Numbered from the stretch's first letter, positions 41,673-52,601 are shown. The stretch is 64,000 nt of DNA from an uncultured Acidobacteriota bacterium (GCA_963724955.1 CAVRWQ010000007.1:241505-305504); one strand, 5' to 3'. A program made the numbers and translations. The notes: a model not told the origin generated them from the letters alone.

Positions 41673-42878
41673 TTGCAGCAAGTCCTGTACTGCCCCGTCG
41701 GGAGCCGCCGTTTGATCGCCGTACTTGCGGCCTCGCTGCTTGCCGGATTCTCCGCTCCGGCGGCGGCGCAGCCGTCAATGAGCGACGTCCTCAGTTTTCT
41801 GCTGACGAACCGATCGATTGCCACGGACGACTTCGTGCGCGACGAACAGGCCGCGGCGACCACACGCGACACGGTGACCCGGCTGCTCCTCGCGGAGCTG
41901 TCCATGCTGCCGACGGCATCGCCGGCGAGCGGGTTCACCTACCGGCTCGAACCGGCGCTGGGATCCGACGTCCGATCCAGTGCCAGCTTCGGCCCGTTTT
42001 TCCTGCAGCGCTCGCTGACCGTCGGGCAGGGACAGACGTCGTTCACGGTCGTGCTGCAGCGCTCCGCGTTCTCGCGAATCGATGGCCGCCCGCTGCGGGA
42101 CGGCACGCTCACCGCGACGGCCAGCCGGCTGCAGGGCGAGACCGACCCGTTCGACACGGAGACGCTTTCGCTCCAGCTCGACGCCACCACGATGACCGCC
42201 TCGGGAACGCACGGCCTGACGGATCGGATCGACATCACGGTCGCCGTGCCGTTTGTGTCGCTGCGCCTCAAGGGCGAGCGCGTCGATGACTATCGGGGCG
42301 CCCGGTCCGTCCAGGCGACTGCCGACGCCAACGCGTCAGGACTGGGCGATGTGCTCGTCGGCGGCAAGTACAACGTCTGGCGCGTGGGCGGCAGCGGCAT
42401 CGCGATCGGGGGCGACGTGCGCGTCCCGACCGGCGACGAACGCAACCTGCTCGGATCCGGCAAGCTGAGCGTCGCGCCTCGGCTCATCGGATCGTTCGAC
42501 TACGACCGCGTCGCGCTCCATGGTGATCTCGGCTACGTCGTCGGCGGGCTATCCGATGTCTTCGAGTACGGCGCGGCCGTGTCGGTCGTCACCGCGCCGA
42601 GCGTGACCGTCGGGGCCGAGGTGCTCGGGCGCCGCCTGGCATCCGGCGGCCGTCTCGTCGAGTCCGTTCAGACTCACCCGCATTTTGCCGACGTCGAGAC
42701 AATCCGGCTCGTCGGGATCGAAGGTGCCACGGAGCGCTGGATCATCGCCGGCGGCGTCCGATGGAACGTCGCCGCCCGCTGGATCCTGACCGGGAGCGTG
42801 CTGCGCTCGGTCACGTCGACCGGGCTGCAGGCGTTCTGGGTGCCGACGATCTCGCTCGACTACTCGTTTGGAAGGTAA
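41673..42878 (+). CDS. Outer-membrane beta-barrel (MetA-pathway/transporter-like)
   Basis: Signal peptide, SFGPFF, GLGDV, PTGDERNLLGSG and a C-terminal LDYSF. Confidence 0.7.
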   Translation: MQQVLYCPVGSRRLIAVLAASLLAGFSAPAAAQPSMSDVLSFLLTNRSIATDDFVRDEQAAATTRDTVTRLLLAELSMLPTASPASGFTYRLEPALGSDVRSSASFGPFFLQRSLTVGQGQTSFTVVLQRSAFSRIDGRPLRDGTLTATASRLQGETDPFDTETLSLQLDATTMTASGTHGLTDRIDITVAVPFVSLRLKGERVDDYRGARSVQATADANASGLGDVLVGGKYNVWRVGGSGIAIGGDVRVPTGDERNLLGSGKLSVAPRLIGSFDYDRVALHGDLGYVVGGLSDVFEYGAAVSVVTAPSVTVGAEVLGRRLASGGRLVESVQTHPHFADVETIRLVGIEGATERWIIAGGVRWNVAARWILTGSVLRSVTSTGLQAFWVPTISLDYSFGR

Positions 42879-42883
42879 GCGTC

Positions 42884-43861
42884 ATGGCTGAGGAACAGAA
42901 CGGGCTCGACCAGTTTCCGCGAGAGTCCTGGACCGAGCCGTTGTCTCGAGAGTTGTCTCGAGACACGTCGCTCTTCAACCGCGTCGAGCATCGGCCGGCC
43001 ACATCGAAGCCGGGGCGACTCGGCAGCCGGTCGATGACGATGTCGCGCGGGTTGGTGTTGCTGCGATCGATCAGCTCGCCGCGGTCGGCGACCGTCCTGC
43101 GGCTGAAGCGACTGCACCACTTCGCGACCCGATCGCGCAACGGGCTCCTGCTCTCCGGCGCGGCGCTCAGCCTGGTGCTCTCCTCCGGCCTGTACGCCGT
43201 CGTGATGCGGAATTCGCCCGCGCCCGTGAAACCGCCCAGGGATTTGGTGCTGACCAACATGGCGCCGTTCCGGTATCCCGCGACGACGGACGTGTCGCCG
43301 AGCGCGGCGCCGGCGGCCATCCGCGAGGATGTCGCGATCGCGGAGGCGACCAGCCCAGCTCGTCGCCGGACGTCGTCGCTCAGTGCATTGCAGGAAACCC
43401 CGTTCGCGGGCGTCGCAACTCCGGCGACGCGCGAACCGTGGCCGGCGCCGCCACCAGCGTCGGCGCCGACGCCGGTCTCAACGTCAGTGGCCCCCTCACC
43501 GGAATCGTCCACGCGCGCCGCCGACATCAACGCCGTCGAGTCGCTCCTCGGCCGCTACCGCTGGGCGTTCAACAATCGGGATGCCTCCGCGGTCGAGAGT
43601 GTCTGGCCGTCGGCCAACGTGAAGGCGCTCAGGCGCGCGTTCGGTCAGATGGAGTCCCAGGAGTTCGCATTCGATCGCTGCGTCACGCAGTTCAGAATCG
43701 CGTTGGCGATCGCCACCTGCAGCGGCCGCGCGACGTACGTGCCGCGGATCGGCACAGGAACGCCGCGCGTCGAGTCGAGACGCTGGACGTTCACGCTCGA
43801 GAAGTTGAGCCGCGGCTGGGTGGTTCGCCAGGTGCAATCCGGCCGCGCCGGCCTGGACTGA
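42884..43861 (+). CDS. Membrane-anchored protein with Pro-rich linker and C-terminal SnoaL/NTF2-like domain
   Basis: Single TM segment and Pro/Ala linker, then LGRYRWAFNNRDASAV..VWPS and WTFTLEK..GWVV. Confidence 0.6.
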   Translation: MAEEQNGLDQFPRESWTEPLSRELSRDTSLFNRVEHRPATSKPGRLGSRSMTMSRGLVLLRSISSPRSATVLRLKRLHHFATRSRNGLLLSGAALSLVLSSGLYAVVMRNSPAPVKPPRDLVLTNMAPFRYPATTDVSPSAAPAAIREDVAIAEATSPARRRTSSLSALQETPFAGVATPATREPWPAPPPASAPTPVSTSVAPSPESSTRAADINAVESLLGRYRWAFNNRDASAVESVWPSANVKALRRAFGQMESQEFAFDRCVTQFRIALAIATCSGRATYVPRIGTGTPRVESRRWTFTLEKLSRGWVVRQVQSGRAGLD

Positions 43862-43865
43862 CCCG

Positions 43866-43902
43866 CGGCCGTGAACTGTTTCGATCCGGTTTCCCGCCTG
43901 TA
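43866..43902 (+). promoter_or_regulatory. Putative ECF promoter, copy 1
   Basis: CGGCCGTGAaCTGTTT-N13-CGCCTGTA, with identical spacing to the copy at 51097. Confidence 0.75.
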
Positions 43903-43933
43903 AGGGCGTGTCGGAACCGGAAAGGAACAGGTC

Positions 43934-44869
43934 ATGAAGAACTATGCACCCAGGGACCCTGTTGTTCTGCAGGGTCAGGATGAAGTCCGCGCGACATTCG
44001 CCGGGGCGGTCAAGAAGGCGTTCAGCTCACAGACGACGCTGATCGGGCGAGGTGAACACTGCTCGCTCGATCCCGAACGACTCGCGTCAATCGGACTCCC
44101 GCCCGGAAGCCAGATTCGAGTCAGACGAGAGCCAGAACACCTGGCGCTGTACACCGTCTCAGAAACGCGGCAGGAGTCGATCGACACCACCGTCCGTATG
44201 GCCCTCGCGGCCCGGCAGCGACTCGGAACCTCCGACGAGTTCAACGCCACCATCGAAACCCGGGTTCCGCATCCCACGTTCTCGGATGAGGAGGCTCGAA
44301 AACACTCGGAGTTCGTCGAGCGACTGAATGACGACGGGCGGCAGCAGCGGCTGGTGGCCATCGCTCCGCATGGAGGAACGATCGAACGTCACACCGACGA
44401 GCAGGCGGAACGCGTTGCGACAGTGCTCGGTCGCGACTGCGTGACGGCCTGGCGATGCAAAGGATTCAAGACCGGAGGTGGTGCCTTCGACAGGTGGCAC
44501 ATCACGTCGACAGACATTCACGAGGCGAGCTTCCCGCTTCTCAAGACCATCGTCCGTCGTGGCTTCGCTCATGCGGTCGCCTTTCACGGCTTCTCCGAGG
44601 CCGACGTGCTCGTCGGCGGCGCGGCGCCGCTCGCGTTGAAGCAGGAAATCGCTGCGGAGCTGGAGAAGGCGCTGGCTGGCTCGGGCATCGGCGTCCGAAT
44701 CGCTGACGCCTCGGAACACTACGACGGCGACAACAGGAAGAACATCGTCAATCGCCTCACAGCGGGCGGCGCGAACGGTGTGCAGATTGAGCAATCGCTC
44801 GAGGCGCGCGAGGGATTCTGGAAAGCGATCGCGGATGCCGTGGCGTCCGTCTACCGCAGAAGGTGGTGA
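43934..44869 (+). CDS. Poly-gamma-glutamate hydrolase family protein (PghP/YjqB/DUF867-like) with an extra N-terminal domain
   Basis: Zn-peptidase motifs APHGGTIE, WHITS, AFHG, NIVNRL and GVQIEQ. Confidence 0.88.
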   Translation: MKNYAPRDPVVLQGQDEVRATFAGAVKKAFSSQTTLIGRGEHCSLDPERLASIGLPPGSQIRVRREPEHLALYTVSETRQESIDTTVRMALAARQRLGTSDEFNATIETRVPHPTFSDEEARKHSEFVERLNDDGRQQRLVAIAPHGGTIERHTDEQAERVATVLGRDCVTAWRCKGFKTGGGAFDRWHITSTDIHEASFPLLKTIVRRGFAHAVAFHGFSEADVLVGGAAPLALKQEIAAELEKALAGSGIGVRIADASEHYDGDNRKNIVNRLTAGGANGVQIEQSLEAREGFWKAIADAVASVYRRRW

Positions 44870-44880
44870 GGGCCACGGCC

Positions 44881-46701
44881 ATGAAGAGCCTACAGATCGC
44901 GGTCGTGACTGCTCTCGCCTGGACTGGCGGTGCCACCGCCAGTTCTTCCGGACAGAACTGTCAGGACCTCATCAGTGGTCGCCTGACGGCGACGCCGTCG
45001 GTGATCGACAGAGATACGAGCGCGGACTTGCGCACCACGCTTGCGTGGTCAGTGACGGTGCCGCCGAACTGTCCAGTCTCGCTGCGTCTTTCCCTGGCGG
45101 GCCGGACCGTCGGCCGCACGGGAAAGCTCGTGCTCGAGGTGACGAGCACGACGACGTACAAACTGCTGATCCTCCTGCTGCCGGGAGCGCGGACGCTGGC
45201 AAGCGCCACGGTCACCGTCCGCGCGGATCCCGGCTTCATCACCGTGTCCGCGGGTAAACAGATCACGCCCGAGGATCTTGCCAAGTTCAACGGGCGCTGG
45301 ATGCAACCCAATCAGCGCCTGGCCGCGTTGAGTTACGCCGAGGGGGCGCTGAAGTGGCGTTTCGACGCGGGCGCCTGGGGGACGGGCGAACACATGGTGG
45401 CCATGTCGAGAATGTACGAGCTCACACGCGACAGGCGTTACCTCGACCACCTGTGCGAACTCATCAAGTTGGCGCTGCGGTTTCGTGACGACCAGCACCC
45501 AGGCTTTCAGGACCCGGTCACGCAGGAAGTCTTCCCTGCGAATCCGCTGGATGAGATCCGCGGCAGGAACGGGTTGCCTGCGTGGGGCGGGAGGTCGGGC
45601 AACTCCGGCGGATTGCACCGCGTCGATGAGGTGACGTCGAGCAACTACGCGTACCCCATCGCCGCGTTCGCCCGCATCGTGGCCGAGGACGAGACACTGC
45701 ACACCCGCTACGGGCTCGATGCCATGCTGTCCGCCAATGCCGTGCTCCAGACGGTCTGGCTGTTCATGCCGCAGATTCGCTACGGCAAGGCCCGCAGCTT
45801 TCTCGAGGCCTGGCTGACGCTTCCTGAAAACTACCAGCACACTCCGACGGAGGCCAATTGCAAGAACGAGTACGACAGGCTTGTCGCAGCTGACCCGTCA
45901 AACGAACCCCGCTGGAAAGGCATGCTGACCAGCTGCAGGAGCCTGCACAAGATGGCCGGCCGGCCCGTGGCACACAACGAGAACCTGGCGTTCGCGATGG
46001 TCCTGATCGAGTTGTCGCGCGTGCTCGAGAGCCGCTACTATCGACTGTCCCCGCTGGCCTCTGCCGATGCGGAGCCCGCACGGGCGCTGATTCCGTTGCT
46101 CGTGTCACGCCAGCAGCGCTATTTCGTGAACCGCCTGCACCCGCTCACTCCCCGGCCGACCATTTGCGGAGCGCTCGTCGCGTCCTTCTGCTGGCATTAT
46201 TCCGATGAGCTGCCTCCTGGTATCGACTACCGCGCGGAGGACACATCCCATGGCTCGTTGGACATGCGCTACCTGGAGCTGTTGCGTCGTGACTTTGACC
46301 GCCTCAATGTCCGGCCAGCGTCCGTCGGTGAACCGATCGCCATGACCGATCAGTTTCTGCGCGGCTTCGCGAACACCTTTCTGCACGTGATCGCCGCGGG
46401 GACTCATTTCAAGAAGGGTGTGGCCGGCGGGACGCCGAGTCAGGAGGATTCGCTCAACGGCCTGTGTGATGGCTGGGTCAGCCTCGCGGCCGCGGACCTG
46501 AACGTCTATCATCGCTGCCACGACGTCACGTTGCGCATCGTCAACGGCAAGCAACCGTATCTGGGCATTGGCAACCACTCTGCGCTGCTCATGAACAAGC
46601 GCTTCCTCCCGGAACCGCCGGGTATACTGACTGGCACCGGCTTGAAACGGCAGGGCCATGTCCAGGGGAGGTCCCGCTCACATCACGGCGCTTCTCGGTG
46701 A
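44881..46701 (+). CDS. Secreted protein of unknown function (Ig-like N-terminus, probable alpha/alpha-toroid C-terminus)
   Basis: Signal peptide MKSLQIAVVTALAW, MYELTRDRRYLD and EDTSHG in an uninterrupted ORF. Confidence 0.7.
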   Translation: MKSLQIAVVTALAWTGGATASSSGQNCQDLISGRLTATPSVIDRDTSADLRTTLAWSVTVPPNCPVSLRLSLAGRTVGRTGKLVLEVTSTTTYKLLILLLPGARTLASATVTVRADPGFITVSAGKQITPEDLAKFNGRWMQPNQRLAALSYAEGALKWRFDAGAWGTGEHMVAMSRMYELTRDRRYLDHLCELIKLALRFRDDQHPGFQDPVTQEVFPANPLDEIRGRNGLPAWGGRSGNSGGLHRVDEVTSSNYAYPIAAFARIVAEDETLHTRYGLDAMLSANAVLQTVWLFMPQIRYGKARSFLEAWLTLPENYQHTPTEANCKNEYDRLVAADPSNEPRWKGMLTSCRSLHKMAGRPVAHNENLAFAMVLIELSRVLESRYYRLSPLASADAEPARALIPLLVSRQQRYFVNRLHPLTPRPTICGALVASFCWHYSDELPPGIDYRAEDTSHGSLDMRYLELLRRDFDRLNVRPASVGEPIAMTDQFLRGFANTFLHVIAAGTHFKKGVAGGTPSQEDSLNGLCDGWVSLAAADLNVYHRCHDVTLRIVNGKQPYLGIGNHSALLMNKRFLPEPPGILTGTGLKRQGHVQGRSRSHHGASR

Positions 46702-47221
46702 GCTTCGCCAGGGGAACAAGGCCGCGCGCGACCAGTTGGTCACGCTCGTCTATCCGGAGCTGCGTCGTATCGCGGCGCACTACCTGAAGCAGGAGCGTCC
46801 GGACCACACGCTGCGTGCCACGGCGCTCGTGCACGAGGTGTACGTGCGCCTGTTCGGGTCGGAGCATGTGGACTGGCAGAGCCGCGCGCACCTCTTTGCC
46901 GCCGTGGCCCGCGACATGCGCCACATTCTCGTGGACTACGCGCGCGCGCGGAACGCGAAAAAACGCCCCGATGGGCACGTTCTGATCTCGCTCAGCGACA
47001 TCGAACCCGCGGCCAGCGAGCGCAACGAAGATCTTGTGGCGCTGGACGAGGCGCTCTCGCGGCTCGAGCAGATCGACCCGCGAGCCAGTCAAGTGGTGGA
47101 GCTGCGGTACTTCACCGGCTTGAGCGAGCGCGAAACGGCGGAGGCGCTCCACATTTCGATCTCGACCCTGAAGCGCGACTGGAACTTCGCGAAGACCTGG
47201 TTGTTCGATCAGCTCAGCTAG
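46658..47221 (+). CDS. ECF sigma factor of TIGR02999 (kinase-associated) type
   Basis: ITALL...LVYPELRRIA...HTLRATALVHEVY...VELRYF.GL...LKRDW.FAK.WL. Confidence 0.95.
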   Translation: MSRGGPAHITALLGELRQGNKAARDQLVTLVYPELRRIAAHYLKQERPDHTLRATALVHEVYVRLFGSEHVDWQSRAHLFAAVARDMRHILVDYARARNAKKRPDGHVLISLSDIEPAASERNEDLVALDEALSRLEQIDPRASQVVELRYFTGLSERETAEALHISISTLKRDWNFAKTWLFDQLS

Positions 47222-47222
47222 G

Positions 47223-50200
47223 CTAGGGCACGTCGGGAAAGCCCGGGGAGAGCATCCGGGTCATCGCCAGCGGGTTCCTGATGCTCTGGGCCGCCATCCA
47301 CTCATCCGCCTGTCTCCGCAGCGCGCGCCCCGCGGCGTCGTCCTGCAGCGCGCCGATTCGACGGCGCGTGACCGCAGCGTACAGGTTCATGTCAGCACGC
47401 TCGAATCCGGCGAGGGCGCTGTGCAGTGACGTCAGCGCCCGCGGCGTGTTGCCCTCGAGATACGCAATCGCGGCGCCGAGCAGGAGGGCGATGGGATCGG
47501 ACCACGGCTGGCGCTGCCGGGTGATGCGTCGAGCGGCGGCGCGAGCCACGGACAGGAACCGGCGGCCTGATCCGTCGCGTGCGGCCATGGCCAGCGCGCA
47601 GCGCGCGCGAAGGTAGAGCGATTCGATCCGAATGAGCCGAACGCGCGTCAGCATCGACCGCCGCAGCGTCGTCTCCTTTTCGGCGAGCAGTCGCCAGGCC
47701 GCGTCCGCATCGCCGCGATAGAGCGCGGTCTGCACACGGGCCAGCATCGCGCTGTAGTGCTGGCGGTGAAAGCCTTCGTGCGACCATCGCTCGATACTGT
47801 CGATCGTCTCGCGCTCCCCTCCGACAGGATCGTCAGCCGCCAGCCACACGAAGTTGCTTCGCGTGCACAGTTCGGTGGCGATGTACAGGTTCCCGCTGCT
47901 CCGCGCGTTGGCCAGCAGCGCAGGAATCTGCCGGGACAGCTCCCCAAGCTCTCCCTGGTACATGAGGACCAGATCACGAGGTTCTGTGCGACGTTCAGTT
48001 CCCAGGTGACGCCCACGCACTGGTCGCGCAGGATCGCCAGCGCCTCCTGGGATAACGTCGACGCCTTTTTCCACTCGCCCGATGTCGTCGCGATGATGGC
48101 GTCAGCCAGGATGCACAACGCGATCGCCTGGGGGTTTCCGACGCTCCTGGCCAGGGGCTTCGAGAGCCGGCCCAGTCTTTCGCTCGTCTTCCTGCCTGTC
48201 GAGTAGAAGCTTCTGGTCGCCGATTCCATGGCCAGCCCCCGCGCAATCCGATAGGGCTCCCCGGCATCGAGTGCCATGAGCAGGTGACGCACGCTGAAAT
48301 CCGAAGCGCCGATCATGTCGACAGCCAGCAATCCCGTCGTCGCCGACCAGCAGGTATCGATGCGAAAGAGTGTTTCGGTTCCGATGTCTTCGACGGGCCG
48401 TGGAACGAAGCGCAGCCCCCGCCACCGAAGCCGTGCGCGTCGGTATAACAACCACAGCAGCGCCGCGACCGGGCTCCGGGGCATCCTCATCCCTGTGCCC
48501 GCAAGTCCCGCGCGAATGAGGTCCAGTCCGCGATCGATGTGCCCTCCAATCAGCCACTGCTCGGCCCCGCGGCGCTGGAGCTCGATGCGCTCGCGACGAT
48601 CCGCTCCCTCGGCGGCCCGCAAGTACGCTTCCGCGGCCTCGGTCGGCCGGCCGGCGTTGGCCAGCGCGCTGGCGAGTCCTTCCCTCCAGGCGCGGACGGC
48701 GGCGGACGCCGGCGCCAGTCCGAGCGCGTGCCGGTAGAAGAGCACCGCGCGGTCGAACGCGAGCGCAGCGCCAGCCTTCTCCGCAGCAAGACCAGCCTGA
48801 ATCGCGGCGTTCTCCAGGTCTCCGGCGCCGCGATAGTGCTCGAACAACGCCTCACAGTCGTCTCCCTGCCTCTCGACGAGCGTGTGCACCATGAGGCCGT
48901 GGATTCGGCGGACCGCTTCGGGAAGCAGTCGCGCGGCCAGGGCCTCGCGAATCCGATCGTGATAGGTCTCGATCCGTTCTGACGAGCCGCTGCTGCGAAT
49001 GAAGCGCGAGGAACGGAGCATCGCGACGAGAGACTGTCTCTCGCGCGCGATTCCGCACGCCGCGCAGATGAGCTCCGGCGCCATCGGGCGGCCGCAGATG
49101 GCCAGCGTCTCGAGGAACCGGAGCGCATCCGGAGAAAGGGCTCCGAGTCGCGTCTCGAACATCTCTGACACCGTGGGCGCGTGGCCGGAATTGAACGTCT
49201 TGACGCCCGCATAGCGGGCCAGTTGCTCGAGAACAAATGGGCTGCCACCCCCTTCGCGCGTCATGCGACGCCGGTCGTGATCCGTGAGCGCCGAGCTGGC
49301 CGGAAGCAGGACGTCGATCAGCCGCTCAGCTTCGTCTTCCGTCAACGAGTCGAGCGAAATCGACGACCAGTTGTCGCGGCCTGCCCGTTCCAGCAGCGCC
49401 TGGAGAAAGGGCTTCGCGGCGATTTCCTCGCTGCGGAAGCACAACAGCGTGAGCATGGCAGGTGCGCCCGGAGGCCGAAGCAGCTCCTCGAGCAGCACGG
49501 CGCTGTCCGCGTCGGCCCACTGGAGGTCGTCGATGCAGATCACCAGCGAGTGCCTGCTCGCGAGCCGGCCGAGCAGTTCGCGCAATGCCTGGAACGCCCG
49601 CCGCCGCAGCACCAGGGGATCGGCACTCCTCAGCTCCACGGTCCGGCCTGCGTCCGCGATGGCGCGCACCTGCAGCAACACGGGAAACACTCGCGTCAGG
49701 GCGGGCACATCGTGCGGCAGGAGGTTTTCTGTGTGCTCAGGTGGGAGCGATCCGAGGTAGCGACTGAGGTCGTCGATCACGCCATCGAGCGCCTTGTAGG
49801 GCACCGACTCGTTTTCGTAGCAGCGGCCGGACAGCACGACGACGTCGTCGCGCGCGGCGGCCTGGCTGAGAAAACGCCGGACCAACGCGCTCTTGCCGAT
49901 CCCGGACGGGCCGTAGACGGATACGGCCGCCGCGCCTTTGCTCGTGACAGCCTGGAAAGCGTCGTGCAACACCTGGAGCTGACGATCGCGGCCGACAAAT
50001 GGCGTGTCACGGATCGGGGTCGTCGTGGTGTCCAGCGGTGGCGGCGCGGGATCTCGAGTCAGTTCGCGAAGCGCCGCGAGGCCCGACAGGCGCTGCTCGG
50101 GATGGCGAGCGAGCAATCCCATGCAGATGGCGTTGAGATCCGGGGGAACGTCCCGCGCCACCTCCAGAGGCGCCGGAGGATCGCCGGTGCATTTGCGGCG

Positions 50201-51061
50201 CAACACGTCATGGACCGGGCCGGCGAAAGGGAGCGTCCCCGTCAAGGCTTCATACAGGGTCACGCCGATGCCGTACCAGTCGCTGGCTTCGGATGGCGTC
50301 GCGCCAGAGGCTTCTTCCGGGGACATGTACGCGGGCGTGCCGCCGCTCACGTAACTCGCGTCGCCGGCGTGGTGCGCGGACAGCTCGGCGATGAGGCCAA
50401 AGTCGAGGATCACGACGCGGCCTTCGGCGGTCACCAGCACATTCGACGGCTTGATGTCGCGGTGAAGCTTGCCTCTCCGATGCAGCGCTGTGACACCGTC
50501 GATGAGCTGCCGAAGCGCGCCAATGAGTCGATCATTGAACAAGCGCAGGCGATCCGGACCTCGCGCATATTCGACGAAGCTCACCCCCTTGACGCGCTCC
50601 ATCGTGAAGAAACAGCGGTGGTCTTCGACGAACAGTTCATAGAGGCACGCCAGATTTGCATGCGTCACATCGGCGAGGCTTCTGAATTCGCGTTTGAGAC
50701 GATAGACGTCGGCCGCGCCGGTTCGAAGCATCGTTTTCAGAGCGACGACTTCGTCGCGCACGTTGTCGTGCACTTCATAGACCACGCCCATCCCGCCAGC
50801 CCCCAACCGCTGTCGCACGTGAAAGCGCGAGGTCCCGGCAAAGGGCGCTTCGGACCAGATCGCCGACAGCAGCTCCGGGGGATGTTCGAGAAACGTCTCC
50901 ACCTGCCGGTGAGCCGCCAGCAGCCGCATCACGTCAGGCTTGAGCTCGGGGTTGGTGGCGCAGGCGTGATCGACGTACGCCTCGCGCGCGGAGGGTTCCT
51001 GCAGCAGCGCGTCCTCGAAGACCGCCCGCAGGCGCCGATGCCGTTCTGGCGCCTGACTCAT
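47223..51061 (-). CDS. Cytoplasmic Ser/Thr kinase - AAA (STAND-like) ATPase - TPR protein (frameshift ~47975)
   Basis: GAGGMGVVY, VALK, HRDIKPSN, DFG, GTPAYMSPE, Walker A GPSGIGKS, Walker B IDDLQWAD and a helical C-terminus. Confidence 0.93.
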
Positions 51062-51096
51062 TCGAGGATCTTCCCCAAGGTCTCGGCAGGCGTCAA

Positions 51097-51133
51097 CGGC
51101 CGTGAGCTGTTTTCCGGCAGAACCTCGCCTGTA
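51097..51133 (+). promoter_or_regulatory. Putative ECF promoter, copy 2
   Basis: CGGCCGTGAgCTGTTT-N13-CGCCTGTA upstream of the ATG at 51174. Confidence 0.75.
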
Positions 51134-51173
51134 GGTGTGAGAGGAAAACGCGCTTGCTCCGCGGGGACACCAT

Positions 51174-52592
51174 ATGACGACTGACCTTCTGTTTTATGAG
51201 GCGCCGACCGCGATCGGCGAATTCTACTCCGCGCATCGGGGAGGAATGGAGCTACTCGGTCAGTGCCCCAACTGGGGCACCAGTTTGCGGCAGATCGTCC
51301 CGGGCAGCTTCGGCGGGAACGGTCTGACCGACCTGCTCTTCTACGACGCGGCGACCGGAACGGGTGAGTTCTACGAGAGTGACGGGCATGGCGGCATCCG
51401 GCTGCTTCGCCAGTACACGGGGTGGCGAACGTCGTGGACGACCATTGTGCCGGGCAATTTCAGCGGAAACGGCCTGACGGATCTGCTCTTCTACGACGCG
51501 GCGGCCGGGACAGGTGAGTTCTACACCACGCGGGGCCCCGGGGACCTTGTCCGCTTGAGTACCTTCACCAACTGGAGACAGTCGTGGACTCAGATCGTTC
51601 CGGGAAACTTTGGAGGCAACGGGTACACCGACCTCCTCTTTTACGATCCCTCGTCATTCACCGGCGAGTTCTATGCGACCACTGGCGCCGGCGGCATCCA
51701 GCAACTGCGCCTGTTCACGAACTGGCGGAGCACCTGGAGCCGAATCGTCCCGGGCAACTTCGGCGGCAACGGCGCGACCGACCTGCTCTTCTACGATCCC
51801 TCGTCGTTCACCGGCGAGTTCTATGCGACGACGGGGAGCGGCGGCATCGAACAGATCCGGCAGCACACGAACTGGCGCGGCTCGTGGACCGAGATCCTGC
51901 CCGGAGAGTTTGGGGGCAGCGGCCACACGGACCTCGTCTTCTACGATCGCGCGAATGGGACGGGTCAGTTCTACTCGACCGACGGCGGCGGCGGGATCTC
52001 AGAGATTCGCACCCACACCGACTGGCGCCGCAGCTGGAACATGATCGTTCCGGGCGTCTTCGCGCCGCTTCAGGCGGTCCGCCTGCACCTGAAGTTCGTG
52101 AAGATGCCGACGTCGCCTTCCATCGCGAACCTGCTGGCGTCGATGCGCGAGGTCTATGCCAGCGTGGGCGTCAGGGTGCTGGTCGGCTCGACCGAAGTGC
52201 TCAACCTGCCGCATCTGCTCGACGTGGAGGTCGGCGAGTGTGAGGACCCGATCTTCGGCGACGACATCACCGGCGATATCGCGGAGCTCTTCCAGCATCG
52301 GAACTTCGCAGGAAACGGCGAGTTGGTCATCTACTTCGTTCGGCAGTCCCTGAAGGCCTACGCCGGATGCGCGCATCATCCGCCCAATCGTCCGGGCGCG
52401 ATTGTGACCGACGACGCGACAAAGTGGACCCTGGCCCATGAAGTCGGCCACCTCCTTGGCCTCAATCACGTCAGCGACGACACGCGGCTGATGTACGAAA
52501 AAGGAACCGGCAGGATCAAGAACCCGCCGCCGGATCTGAACGTGCCCGAGCGGCAGCGGATCCACGCGAGCCCCTTGACGTTCGGCTTATAG
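51174..52592 (+). CDS. FG-GAP/VCBS-like 6-repeat beta-propeller fused to a metzincin metalloprotease
   Basis: Six ~50-aa repeats TDLLFYD..G.GEFY...W..SW..IVPG.FGG, then HEVGHLLGLNH and Met-turn RLMY. No signal peptide. Confidence 0.88.
   Translation: MTTDLLFYEAPTAIGEFYSAHRGGMELLGQCPNWGTSLRQIVPGSFGGNGLTDLLFYDAATGTGEFYESDGHGGIRLLRQYTGWRTSWTTIVPGNFSGNGLTDLLFYDAAAGTGEFYTTRGPGDLVRLSTFTNWRQSWTQIVPGNFGGNGYTDLLFYDPSSFTGEFYATTGAGGIQQLRLFTNWRSTWSRIVPGNFGGNGATDLLFYDPSSFTGEFYATTGSGGIEQIRQHTNWRGSWTEILPGEFGGSGHTDLVFYDRANGTGQFYSTDGGGGISEIRTHTDWRRSWNMIVPGVFAPLQAVRLHLKFVKMPTSPSIANLLASMREVYASVGVRVLVGSTEVLNLPHLLDVEVGECEDPIFGDDITGDIAELFQHRNFAGNGELVIYFVRQSLKAYAGCAHHPPNRPGAIVTDDATKWTLAHEVGHLLGLNHVSDDTRLMYEKGTGRIKNPPPDLNVPERQRIHASPLTFGL
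51180..52060 (+). repeat. Six intragenic 150-bp tandem repeats
   Basis: Unit anchors acctgctcttctacga-like at 51331, 51481, 51631, 51781 and 51931, plus a first unit near 51184. Confidence 0.9.
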
Positions 52593-52601
52593 GAGGCAGC
52601 G

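Noticed and set aside
49181-51184. 667-aa plus-strand ORF
   Set aside because: Antisense shadow of the kinase gene.
51180-52060. 150-bp periodic repeats as a CRISPR or DGR template
   Set aside because: They are in-frame protein repeats with largely synonymous variation, and no reverse transcriptase is present.
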